Shown here: positions 56,152-64,000 of the stretch, piece after piece | Layout of the letters: each line of letters starts with the position of its first letter | How positions within the stretch are numbered: position 1 is the first letter of the stretch | Assembly (NCBI GenBank): GCA_018062825.1 | Contig: JAGORL010000003.1 | Location: forward strand, 1,058 to 65,057 | Source of the DNA: Patescibacteria group bacterium | Lineage (GTDB): Bacteria > Patescibacteriota > Patescibacteriia > UBA9934 | Length of the DNA: 64,000 bases | Direction of reading: 5' to 3' | The notes under the pieces: model-generated | What the model was told of the DNA's origin: nothing | Seen by the model: only the letters and a program-made list of their open reading frames with translations | Databases searched by the model: none | Translations under genes and position numbers: made by a program

Positions 56152-57071
56152 GCGGTCGCCCGCTTGTGTAACGCGCGTGCCAAAAGTATACCAAAGATAA
56201 GGAGCGAAATAAGCGCAGCGCCTATCACCATGAGGTGCATCGGGATGACTGTGAAGCGGATAGCTGGATTTGCTGAATCAACAAGATCGCCTTGTGCATC
56301 AACGATTACAGCTTCAAAGGAACCGTATGGAGTACTTAATGCGTTTCCTAAGGATCTCCAACTAATCACATCTGTTTCATCTCCCCAGTTCGAAAGAAAA
56401 ATACGACTCGTCTGAACTGGTAAACGTTGACCGTAGGCATTTAAAGGTATTTCCTCGATGACCTGCGTTTTTCCGGGTCGACGGATCTGAATCGTGGCAG
56501 TTGGGGCAACTGCGCGGTCGCCAACATTCTTCAGCACAGCGCCCAACTGTACTGGCAGTGAAGTAACGACGGACTTTGGCGTCTCTAGCTGCACAATCTG
56601 GTATGCCTGCGTTCCTTCGGTTCCAATTTGCGCAAATAACATAACGGCATACCCAGCGCCAACTGATACGCCCGCATTTGCGGACATGCGCTCGACAAAT
56701 AGCGCAGCGACTGTGTATTCAGCCGACTCCGCCTGCGGGGGTGCCGCAAAACGCAGCGTTACATCTAGGGTATCGCTTGGTCTTAGGGTCATTGAGGCTG
56801 GATCGGCGCTAAACATTGCCGCTACATCACCTGCCAATGGTGAGAACGCTGGTGCACCAGTTGTACTATCAAAGGTTACTTGCACGAACTGCACTTCATA
56901 CTCACGGTCGACCGAAGTCTCGTTCTCAAGTGAAATGATCGCCTCTCCAATGCCGCCAGACAGCACAGAGTAATCTGCTGAGGTTGGCGAAATAGTTAAA
57001 GCGTGACTCACTTGTGCTGCTCCAAAAAATGCAACGAGTAGCGTGAATAGTCCAAAGAGCAAGCGACGCAT
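56148..57071 (-). CDS. hypothetical exported protein (307 aa) with a signal peptide and a C-terminal TM anchor
   Basis: The product begins MRRLLFGLFTLLVAFFGAAQVSHA and ends with the C-terminal TM segment MHLMVIGAALISLLIFGILLARALHKR. It overlaps the next gene by 4 nt, so the two are co-transcribed. Confidence 0.7.
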   Translation of the reverse strand: MRRLLFGLFTLLVAFFGAAQVSHALTISPTSADYSVLSGGIGEAIISLENETSVDREYEVQFVQVTFDSTTGAPAFSPLAGDVAAMFSADPASMTLRPSDTLDVTLRFAAPPQAESAEYTVAALFVERMSANAGVSVGAGYAVMLFAQIGTEGTQAYQIVQLETPKSVVTSLPVQLGAVLKNVGDRAVAPTATIQIRRPGKTQVIEEIPLNAYGQRLPVQTSRIFLSNWGDETDVISWRSLGNALSTPYGSFEAVIVDAQGDLVDSANPAIRFTVIPMHLMVIGAALISLLIFGILLARALHKRATA

Positions 57072-57073
57072 AT

Positions 57074-57994
57074 TTAGTAGTTACCTACAAAAATAAACGT
57101 TAAGTTGTGATCATAGCTCCCATCAAGAGCAGTATCTGACACCGCTGCCTTCAAAGTAACGAAGTCGCGACTTTCAAAGCTTGATGAGGCTCGACTCCCT
57201 ACTTCTTGCAAACTACTTGTGATGGCAGTGTCTTGTGTATCAAACGTTGAACTTGCTAGCGATGTATCTGATGACCTAGCGCCATATTCTGTTTCACCAA
57301 GGGTAACTGCCCCATCACTTACATCCGTAATAGCATCACCATCACCATTTTTCAGATCGTCGTCTTCAAATATGTACACGGAGTACCCGCCCGTGACGTC
57401 AACGTTCACTTCCCAAGCAACAATGCCGGTTGTTAGTGTACTTGGCGTTAAGGACGCGAGCGGCACCGTTGTTCCCGATAGCGCATAAACGAAATCATTA
57501 TTGCCGTCGATCGTAATCGCGCCACCGGTAAACTCATCGATATTGAGCGTATTTACTGAAACTGAAGTAATCCGGCCGATTGCTGTGATTTGTGAAGCTC
57601 CTTCGTTTTGCACAACAGCAATAAGGTCACCAGCTGCGTAGCTTGAAGCATCTGTGACGTCGACAGAGCTACTCGTAGCTGAGACCGCCGCAACTTGCGA
57701 AGCCGTATCTTGAGCGTAAACAGCAAAAGCTACGACTGGATCATAGATCTGCGAGCGGTAACCGAGCATTCCTTGATAGGAGGCTGAATCACCGAGACCT
57801 GACGCGTCGTTACCAAAGCTGTCGCGCAGCTGATAACTCGCCGAGCTACTCGTGTCATCGCCACTAGCGCCGACGGTATCGCTCAAAATCTGGTATGAGG
57901 TTGACGACATATTGGCGTCAACCTTTTTTGTAGCTAGCATTAGCGAAAAAATGGCCAATGTTCCGATTAATGCTGCTGAGGATATTTGTTTCAT
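57074..57994 (-). CDS. hypothetical secreted Ser/Thr/Asp-rich protein (306 aa)
   Basis: A signal peptide MKQISSAALIGTLAIFSLMLATKKVDA is present. The protein is of low complexity and acidic. It is the first gene of the surface-protein operon, 2 nt from the next gene. Confidence 0.7.
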   Translation of the reverse strand: MKQISSAALIGTLAIFSLMLATKKVDANMSSTSYQILSDTVGASGDDTSSSASYQLRDSFGNDASGLGDSASYQGMLGYRSQIYDPVVAFAVYAQDTASQVAAVSATSSSVDVTDASSYAAGDLIAVVQNEGASQITAIGRITSVSVNTLNIDEFTGGAITIDGNNDFVYALSGTTVPLASLTPSTLTTGIVAWEVNVDVTGGYSVYIFEDDDLKNGDGDAITDVSDGAVTLGETEYGARSSDTSLASSTFDTQDTAITSSLQEVGSRASSSFESRDFVTLKAAVSDTALDGSYDHNLTFIFVGNY

Positions 57995-58039
57995 AACGCT
58001 TCATGAACACAATATGTCGTCATGACCATGTTTCACAAG

Positions 58040-58440
58040 GTGTTTTACACACAGTTGTGTGGATAACCTCTCTAAAATCTGTGGATATGTTTCATATCCA
58101 GAAGGCTAGCCTAGCGTGGACAAAACTGTTTCATACTCTGCTACCACAGTGTCTTATCCACATGACATGAACAGGTGTTAACTCTTGGTCCTGTCGGCTA
58201 CTTAAAAGTTTTTTTTGATGCCGTGATCCTCAAGCTAACCCAGGCTTATCCCCAAAGTAATACACAGCTGTAGATAACCTGTTTCATACGTGACAAAAAA
58301 ACCGCCTTTAGTTGCATAAATGGCAGTTTCACATGGAATGAGGTATCGATTTTCTGGTTTTCTTATCTGATTTGGCCGTACTATTTGTAATTTGTGGTTA
58401 ATAAAATAAAATCTCCTGCAATCTGATCTGGTTTATTACC
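58040..58440. promoter_or_regulatory. candidate chromosomal replication origin (oriC): a DnaA-box cluster with an AT-rich DNA-unwinding element
   Basis: DnaA boxes are TGTGGATAA (about 58058-58066, perfect, reverse orientation), TGTGGATAT (about 58080-58088), TTATCCACA (about 58154-58162, perfect), TTATCCCCA (about 58246-58254), TGTAGATAA (about 58269-58277) and TGTGGTTAA (about 58393-58401). An AT-rich stretch lies at about 58345-58425. Six copies of TGTTTCA(T/C)A are interspersed. No ORF of 60 aa or more spans 57995-58609. Confidence 0.45.
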
Positions 58441-58609
58441 GGACGGAGTGCGTAATGTACTTATTCATACATCTACAATCCCGTACACGATCTGACCAGC
58501 ACAAATACTAGGAGACTTTTTTTACCGAACTAGCTACTGAATCGAACCTTGTCTTTGGGTACTATTATCAAGAGTATATGCCAAAATTTGTTTAATATTA
58601 GCCAAATTA

Positions 58610-58685
58610 TGGTGCCCCCACCTGGAGTTGAACCAGGATCCCAGGCTTAGGACGCCCGTGTTCTATCCAATTGAACTATAGGGAC
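58610..58685 (-). tRNA. tRNA-Arg (anticodon CCU) with a genomically encoded CCA
   Basis: Folded by hand. The acceptor stem is GTCCCTA/TGGGGGC, with 2 G-U pairs. The D-stem is GTTC/GAAC with G18 and G19 in the loop. The anticodon stem is CGGGC/GCCTG with loop GTCCTAA (U33, A37). The variable loop is 4 nt. The T-arm is CCTGG-TTCAACT-CCAGG, with G53-C61. The discriminator is A and CCA is encoded. Total length is 76 nt. Confidence 0.7.
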
Positions 58686-58724
58686 GCAATGTGCTTAAGC
58701 GTCGCAAAATAATATACATCTGCG

Positions 58725-58733
58725 TGCTATACT
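58725..58733 (+). promoter_or_regulatory. extended -10 promoter element TGCTATACT for rmuC
   Basis: The same 9-mer as at 32619-32627, about 50 nt upstream of the rmuC ATG. Confidence 0.4.
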
Positions 58734-58783
58734 GCGTAGGCAAAACAGCAAAAGTATAAGTCACGCCTATTGCATGGTCAACT

Positions 58784-59923
58784 ATGGACGCAACGATCTT
58801 CATCACTGTCATTCTCGCACTTATCATTCTTGGCCTCCTGGCATACGTCATTTTGAAAATAAACGATTTAAATGCCTCCAAGCATAATTCTTCAATGGAT
58901 ACGGCGCTTGCCATCATTCAAAAGGAGCTTGAGAACGTTAAGGCAACTCAGTCGCAACAGCGAACCGATATTCAAGACAACCTACACCAACTCAATGACC
59001 GACTCTTTAAGAGCCAGTCGGAGCTCCGCCAAGCGTCTGAAACGCAATTTAGCACCATGCATCAGCAAAGCAATGCCATGGGCAAGACTCTCCAAGAGGT
59101 CTCGGCACTGCTTTCACATAATCAGTCGACTATTACACAGGTACTCGACTATTCAAAGCAATTGCAGGACTTGCAGAGTATTTTAAAGAACCCGAAGCAA
59201 CGCGGTGTTCTTGGTGAGTACTTCTTGGAAACTGCACTCAAGAACGTCTTAGCACCAGCAAACTATGAAATGCAGTACAAATTTCCAAATGGAGACATCG
59301 TCGACGCTGTTATCAAGATTAAAGATCGCGTGATTCCGATTGATGCTAAGTTTAGCTTAGAAAACTACAACAGACTGGTTGATGCACCGGATGAACAAGA
59401 GCGTGAACGCGTTGGAAAACTCCTGACCACTGACCTTAAGAATCGTATTCTTGAGACTTCAAAGTATGTTCGACCAGAGGAGGGAACACTCGACTTTGCA
59501 TTTATGTTTATTCCTCACGAGGCGCTGTATTACGATCTCTTGGTCAACAAGGTGGGGGCGCTCCAAGAGGATACTGAGTCATTGATTGCGCGCGCTGCTG
59601 CCAAGTATCGCGTTATCGTTGTATCACCAACGTCGTTCTTTGCGTATTTACAGACGGTTCTGCAAGGATTGAACGCCATGCGCATCGAGGAATCGGCGCT
59701 TGAAATCAAGAAGCATGTAGAGAACATGAAGCGACATGTGGCAACATATAGTCGCCACCAAGAATCCGTACAGAAGGCTCTTAGCACAACCGTGAATCAG
59801 TTTAACGGATCAACCAAGGCTTTTGAGCAGATCGTCAAAGACGTGAGTAAGATCACTGAGCAGCCAGTTGATGGAATCGTTGACGTCGAAGCTGTGGCAC
59901 GACCGATGATCGAAGGGGAGTAA
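58784..59923 (+). CDS. rmuC: DNA recombination protein RmuC
   Basis: An N-terminal TM helix is followed by a coiled-coil region and a C-terminal RmuC nuclease-like domain (..RGVLGEYFLETALKNVLAPANYEMQYKF..DAVIKIKDRVIPIDAKF..). Confidence 0.85.
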   Translation: MDATIFITVILALIILGLLAYVILKINDLNASKHNSSMDTALAIIQKELENVKATQSQQRTDIQDNLHQLNDRLFKSQSELRQASETQFSTMHQQSNAMGKTLQEVSALLSHNQSTITQVLDYSKQLQDLQSILKNPKQRGVLGEYFLETALKNVLAPANYEMQYKFPNGDIVDAVIKIKDRVIPIDAKFSLENYNRLVDAPDEQERERVGKLLTTDLKNRILETSKYVRPEEGTLDFAFMFIPHEALYYDLLVNKVGALQEDTESLIARAAAKYRVIVVSPTSFFAYLQTVLQGLNAMRIEESALEIKKHVENMKRHVATYSRHQESVQKALSTTVNQFNGSTKAFEQIVKDVSKITEQPVDGIVDVEAVARPMIEGE

Positions 59924-59925
59924 AC

Positions 59926-59958
59926 AAAAAACCATCCGGCAAAACCGGATGGTTTTTT
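59926..59958. terminator. bidirectional rho-independent terminator between the convergent rmuC and rpsT genes
   Basis: The sequence is aaaaaaccatccgg-caaaa-ccggatggtttttt, with A-runs and T-runs on both sides. Confidence 0.7.
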
Positions 59959-59959
59959 A

Positions 59960-60229
59960 TTACTTAGCGGACACCTTATTGATACGCAGGGTGGCGCGGC
60001 TCTTCAAGCGAGAAGCAGTGTTACGCTTCAAGACGCCCTTAGCTACTGCCTTATCCAAGGCCTGGTTCATGTCCTTGAGAAGCTTAGCGGCTTCATCAAC
60101 TTTCTTATCATCAAGCAATTTGCGGAATGAACGGCGCATGAAGTCCAAAGTTCCTTTGGCTTGCATGTTGCGCTCAGCGCGGCGCTCGCTCTGGCGCAAG
60201 GCTTTTTTAGCGTTTTTGAGATTTGGCAT
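59960..60229 (-). CDS. rpsT: 30S ribosomal protein S20
   Basis: The 89-aa product reads MPNLKNAKKALRQSERRAERN.., which is typical of S20. Confidence 0.9.
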   Translation of the reverse strand: MPNLKNAKKALRQSERRAERNMQAKGTLDFMRRSFRKLLDDKKVDEAAKLLKDMNQALDKAVAKGVLKRNTASRLKSRATLRINKVSAK

Positions 60230-60266
60230 AATCGTGGCAGATAATAGCGGAATTATAGGCTATCGG

Positions 60267-61226
60267 TCAAGAGGGGGTGACAAAATCAGCAATTGTTTGA
60301 TCTACGGCTAGTTCTGGCGCTAAGCCAGATTTCATCGCCAGATCGCGCTTTCCTAAGCGATCGTGCCAAGAGAGCAGACGAGCGAGTGTGTGGCGTTTAG
60401 CCGCAGCCTGTGACTTCTGGAGGGCATACGGGTGTAAACCGAAGCGCTTGGGTGCCCCGGCATCGTCTGCCTTCAGTAGCTTACTCGCCACCATGAGGCG
60501 CAGGTGCCGAGCCAGCATACCAAAGAGTTGAAACGATTCGGAGCCTGAGGCGCGTTCGCTATGCAATTTATGCAGTGCGGCCTTAGGAGTTGTTGAAAGG
60601 GCGTCTAAAAACGCAAAAACGTCTGACTGCGGGGAAGGGCGTACCAGAAGCTCTAAAGCCTCGAGTGATACGGACTGACCAGCGCAATAGGCAACCAGCT
60701 TGCGCAGCTCGGCGTCCACCGCGGTTGGGTCGTCACCCGTGCGACGTACGAGCTCAGTCATTAGCGACGGTGAGATCGCTACACCTATCTCTTGAGCTCG
60801 CTTCATGGCCCAGGCTTGAAAGTCTGCTCCTCGTAATGATGGGATGAGATACACCTTGGTGTCGGTGGCCGTTGAAAAGTGGCTAAAGATAGCGTGTTTC
60901 TTAAGCGACTCTTCCTTCATGACATCTGCGAAGATAACGACGCTGCTTTCCGGGATTGCGGCGAGTGCCGCTAACCAGGGCTTGCCCGTAGTTTTGTTTG
61001 TGGCATCCAGAAGGCCACGAATGATTACAAGGCGCTTTTCTGACAAGAAAGGGGAACCACGAACTAAGCCGCCGATACGACCGGGCTCTTCATCGGCAAG
61101 AGCAATAATGCGTACTTCGTCGATATTTGACCCGGTTGGATCGTATTTTTCTTCAAATTTTTGCTTGAGATCAGTAACTCGCTCACGCACGAGCAGACTG
61201 TCTTCGCCAGCAATAAAGATGACCAT
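60267..61226 (-). CDS. holA: DNA polymerase III delta subunit
   Basis: The 319-aa product has a HolA-like N-terminal region (MVIFIAGEDSLLVRERV..) and a C-terminal helical domain. Its position between rpsT and polA is consistent. Confidence 0.7.
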   Translation of the reverse strand: MVIFIAGEDSLLVRERVTDLKQKFEEKYDPTGSNIDEVRIIALADEEPGRIGGLVRGSPFLSEKRLVIIRGLLDATNKTTGKPWLAALAAIPESSVVIFADVMKEESLKKHAIFSHFSTATDTKVYLIPSLRGADFQAWAMKRAQEIGVAISPSLMTELVRRTGDDPTAVDAELRKLVAYCAGQSVSLEALELLVRPSPQSDVFAFLDALSTTPKAALHKLHSERASGSESFQLFGMLARHLRLMVASKLLKADDAGAPKRFGLHPYALQKSQAAAKRHTLARLLSWHDRLGKRDLAMKSGLAPELAVDQTIADFVTPS

Positions 61227-61411
61227 ATGGGTGATTGTAGGCGGAAAGTGGGAATGGCGGAAGGGCGGAAAGGTGAGGAGGGAAGGTATCGCTACGATGG
61301 CAACACAAAAACGAGCCCATGATGGTAGAGCGTGGACGCAGGTGGTGCCGCAGCCTAACTCGCATCATGAACTCGCTTGTTACCAATGTATGCAGGCACT
61401 CTATGTATAGA

Positions 61412-64000
61412 CTACTCCATTTCTCCCCAGCTTTTTGCAACTGCGACGTCGGTTACGAGCGGCACGGTAAGATCGACAACTTCGGCCATGAGCTTAGGAA
61501 TTTCCATGGCTATGGTATCGATTTCTGCTTGCGGAGCTTCGAATACCAGTTCGTCATGCACTTGCAGCACCATTTTTGTTTTTAAATTCTTTTCACGTAA
61601 ATAGGCATCGATGGTGATCATCGATTTCTTGATGATATCCGCCTGAGTCCCTTGAATTGGCATATTGATCGCCATGCGCTCAGCTGAAGCAATGAGTTGC
61701 GGCATTCCGGAGTGGATGTCTGGCAAGTAACGGCGACGGCCAAACATGGTTTCAACATAGCCATCGGTGCGAGCCTTGAGCTTCATAGCATCCATGTACT
61801 GCGCAATGCCCGGATGCACCTCAAAGTATTTAGCGATAAACTTTTTAGCTTCATCAAAGGTGAGGCCAGTGGCACGTGCGAGCGAACGAGCACCAACACC
61901 ATAAAGGATACTGAAGTTGATCGCTTTCGCAGCTGCGCGCTGATCTTTGGTTACTTCTTCCTCAGGAACTTCGTAAATTTCAGCGGCGGTACGTTTGTGA
62001 ATATCGGCGCCGTCAGCGAAGGCTTTGATAAATGGCGCATCATTAGCCATGATTGCGGCAAGACGCAATTCAATCTGCGAATAGTCGGCGGAAATGAGTT
62101 GACTCCCTTCTGGCGCAATAAAGGCGCAACGAATCTCACGACCTAATGCGGAGCGAATTGGAATGTTCTGTAGGTTTGGATTTGAGCTTGATAAGCGACC
62201 CGTGGCAGCAACGGTTTGATTAAGCGTGGTGTGCACGCGACCGTCTGACGCGATCTGCTCAGGAAGTGCATCAGCGTAGGTTGATTTCAACTTAGCGATT
62301 TCGCGATATTCTGAGATGAGGGGAATAATATCGTGCTCATCCTCAAGCTTTTCAAGTTCTGGTGCCGCAGTTGAGAAGCCAGTCTTTGTCTTTTTGATGC
62401 CTTTTGTTGGCAAACCAAGATCGATAAAGAGTACGTCCGCTAATTGGCTTGGGGAATTTACGTTGAATTCACGCTTAGCAAATTTGAAAATCTTTTTCTC
62501 TAAGCCTTTAATAGCTTCTTCGAATTCATTTGAAAGATCTTTGAGTTTTACTTTGTCGACCAGAAGTCCGTTACGCTCCATTGAGAACAGTACTGGAATA
62601 AGGGGCGCCTCAGTGTCTCGGTAAAGAGCTGCCATGCCATCTTCGGCTAATTTACGAATCTGCCAATCCGCTAACGCGACTTGATGCGCAACGCAGTCTG
62701 CAATTGGTGTCTCAAGTGAAAGTGTGAGACTAAGTGCATCATTAGCGACTTCTGCAAACGTCAGTCCGCGACCACTTGATGAGAGTAGGTATGCAATCAC
62801 CATGGTATCGATGAACTCTTTGTCACGGATATGCTTCACGAGGTCAGCGCCGGCATCATGGAAGGCGTGCATCATGCCTTTCACGTCATGCGCGATGATT
62901 GTCTGCGCTTGAGAGCATTTCAGAGCGATGAGTTTAAGGTGCGTGCTATCTGGGTTTTCAATGAGATGCGCGCCGTTATCGCCAACAAGCGCAACGGCAG
63001 ACATGGCTCCACCAAAAAGGTCGGTCGGCTTTTTTGAAATAATGAGCGCGAGTCGCTCGCCAGTTAGATCATCGAGCGCAATTGACGCTCGAGCGCTTGG
63101 TTTCTTTGCTACCGTTTTCTTAGCTTTTGGCTTGATAACTGGTGCTGTTTCATTTTTTTCAATATGGATCTTTGGCGTTAATGGCGCAGACTCAAGGCTT
63201 TCATACTTAGCAACGAGCTTCTTAAACTCAAAATCACGGAGGAGCGGGAGTAGACGCGCAACTTCTACCGGCTTTATTTCCGAAGCTTCATATGAAAAAT
63301 CAGGGAGTGGTACGTCGCGCACAATTGTAACCAAGCGGCGCATCAATTTGATAACACGCTCTTGTTTGTGCAATTTTTTAGCAAACTTCTCGGGAAGCGT
63401 GGCGTCATTTAAGGAAATGAGAGCGTTATCAAGAGTTCCGTACTCCTGCAACAGCGCAACCGCTGTTTTTTCACCGATTCCCGCTACACCAGGAAGATTG
63501 TCTGACGTATCACCGATGAGCGTCTTGTAATCAATAAGTTGCGCTGGCGTTAAACCGTAACGAGCGCGCACTGCCTGTTCGTCATAATGCTTCACCTCTG
63601 ACAGCCCTTTTACGAAAACGACGATGTTTGTTTGGTCATCGACGAGCTGCAGCGCATCAAGATCGCCAGTAATAATAAGCGTTCGTAGTGAACCCTGTAC
63701 CTTGTTCATCTCCGACACGGTGCCGAGAATATCGTCCGCTTCAAATCCCTCAGCAGACAGCGATGGAATTCCGTATCCCTTGAGCAGATCCTGAATCATG
63801 GGGATTTGGGCGTACAGCTCATCTGCCTTCTTTTCACGCTGCGCTTTGTATTCTACGTATTCTTCGTGGCGAAAAGTGCCGCCGGGAAGATCCCAGGCAA
63901 CTGACATGTAATTTGGCTTATAGGTGGCGAGCATCTTTTCAATAACATTCGCAAAGCCGTATACAGCGTTTACGATGCGGCCATCTTTAGTTGCTAGTGG
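61412..64000 (-). CDS. polA: DNA polymerase I (partial; N-terminus beyond the window end)
   Basis: The C-terminal polymerase domain motifs are present (..RRAAKAINFSILYG.., ..QVHDELVFE..). The track ORF starts at the internal Met at 63934, but the frame stays open to 64000 (..GRIVNAVYGFANVIEKMLATYKP.. of the 5'-3' exonuclease domain). Confidence 0.95.
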   Translation of the reverse strand, partial: PLATKDGRIVNAVYGFANVIEKMLATYKPNYMSVAWDLPGGTFRHEEYVEYKAQREKKADELYAQIPMIQDLLKGYGIPSLSAEGFEADDILGTVSEMNKVQGSLRTLIITGDLDALQLVDDQTNIVVFVKGLSEVKHYDEQAVRARYGLTPAQLIDYKTLIGDTSDNLPGVAGIGEKTAVALLQEYGTLDNALISLNDATLPEKFAKKLHKQERVIKLMRRLVTIVRDVPLPDFSYEASEIKPVEVARLLPLLRDFEFKKLVAKYESLESAPLTPKIHIEKNETAPVIKPKAKKTVAKKPSARASIALDDLTGERLALIISKKPTDLFGGAMSAVALVGDNGAHLIENPDSTHLKLIALKCSQAQTIIAHDVKGMMHAFHDAGADLVKHIRDKEFIDTMVIAYLLSSSGRGLTFAEVANDALSLTLSLETPIADCVAHQVALADWQIRKLAEDGMAALYRDTEAPLIPVLFSMERNGLLVDKVKLKDLSNEFEEAIKGLEKKIFKFAKREFNVNSPSQLADVLFIDLGLPTKGIKKTKTGFSTAAPELEKLEDEHDIIPLISEYREIAKLKSTYADALPEQIASDGRVHTTLNQTVAATGRLSSSNPNLQNIPIRSALGREIRCAFIAPEGSQLISADYSQIELRLAAIMANDAPFIKAFADGADIHKRTAAEIYEVPEEEVTKDQRAAAKAINFSILYGVGARSLARATGLTFDEAKKFIAKYFEVHPGIAQYMDAMKLKARTDGYVETMFGRRRYLPDIHSGMPQLIASAERMAINMPIQGTQADIIKKSMITIDAYLREKNLKTKMVLQVHDELVFEAPQAEIDTIAMEIPKLMAEVVDLTVPLVTDVAVAKSWGEME

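Noticed and set aside
22890-64000. Search for mobile elements: transposase, integrase, IS inverted repeats, phage genes, toxin-antitoxin pairs
   Set aside because: No ORF with recognisable transposase, integrase or recombinase motifs, and no flanking direct or inverted repeats around the GC island. The island is therefore reported only as compositionally anomalous, not as a defined mobile element.

Overview
The window is almost entirely coding and dominated by the minus strand. No transposase, integrase, CRISPR array, rRNA or prophage genes were found, and no lineage assignment is made.

- **1..22318:** one uninterrupted minus-strand ORF. It starts at the ATG at 22318 and runs off the left edge of the window, giving at least 7,439 codons in the window. 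It encodes a giant Gly/Thr/Ser-rich tandem-repeat cell-surface protein. The ORF track omits it, presumably because it has no stop within the window. All ORFs the track lists in this span, on either strand, are shadows of this gene.
- **22.4–40.7 kb:** housekeeping genes, all on the minus strand: ruvC, rpoC, rpoB, two membrane-anchored hypothetical proteins, recA, a rodZ-like gene, ftsK, efp, epmA, rpsR, ssb and rpsF. rplKAJL is absent upstream of rpoB, which instead has a long leader.
- **40.9–44.0 kb:** a plus-strand THUMP/Trm11-like RNA methyltransferase, followed by a ~1.9 kb GC-rich island (about 60% GC against about 48–50% in the flanks). The island holds three small plus-strand genes, each behind a sigma70-type promoter of nearly identical architecture.
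- **44.0–58.0 kb:** ychF, then a Wzy/O-antigen-ligase-like membrane protein with TPR repeats, then four overlapping exported-protein genes that run as one operon. One is a 2,049-aa paralogue of the giant protein; another is an 855-aa protein with a (DPDPEP)n linker.
- **58.0–58.6 kb:** an AT-rich non-coding region with perfect DnaA boxes and a DNA-unwinding element, a candidate oriC.
- **58.6–64.0 kb:** tRNA-Arg(CCU), rmuC on the plus strand, then rpsT, holA and a partial polA on the minus strand.

Several track start codons look over-extended (rpoC, rpoB, recA, ftsK, ychF); conserved N-termini support internal starts. Promoter, terminator and DnaA-box coordinates were read by eye from the sequence and may be off by 1–2 nt.
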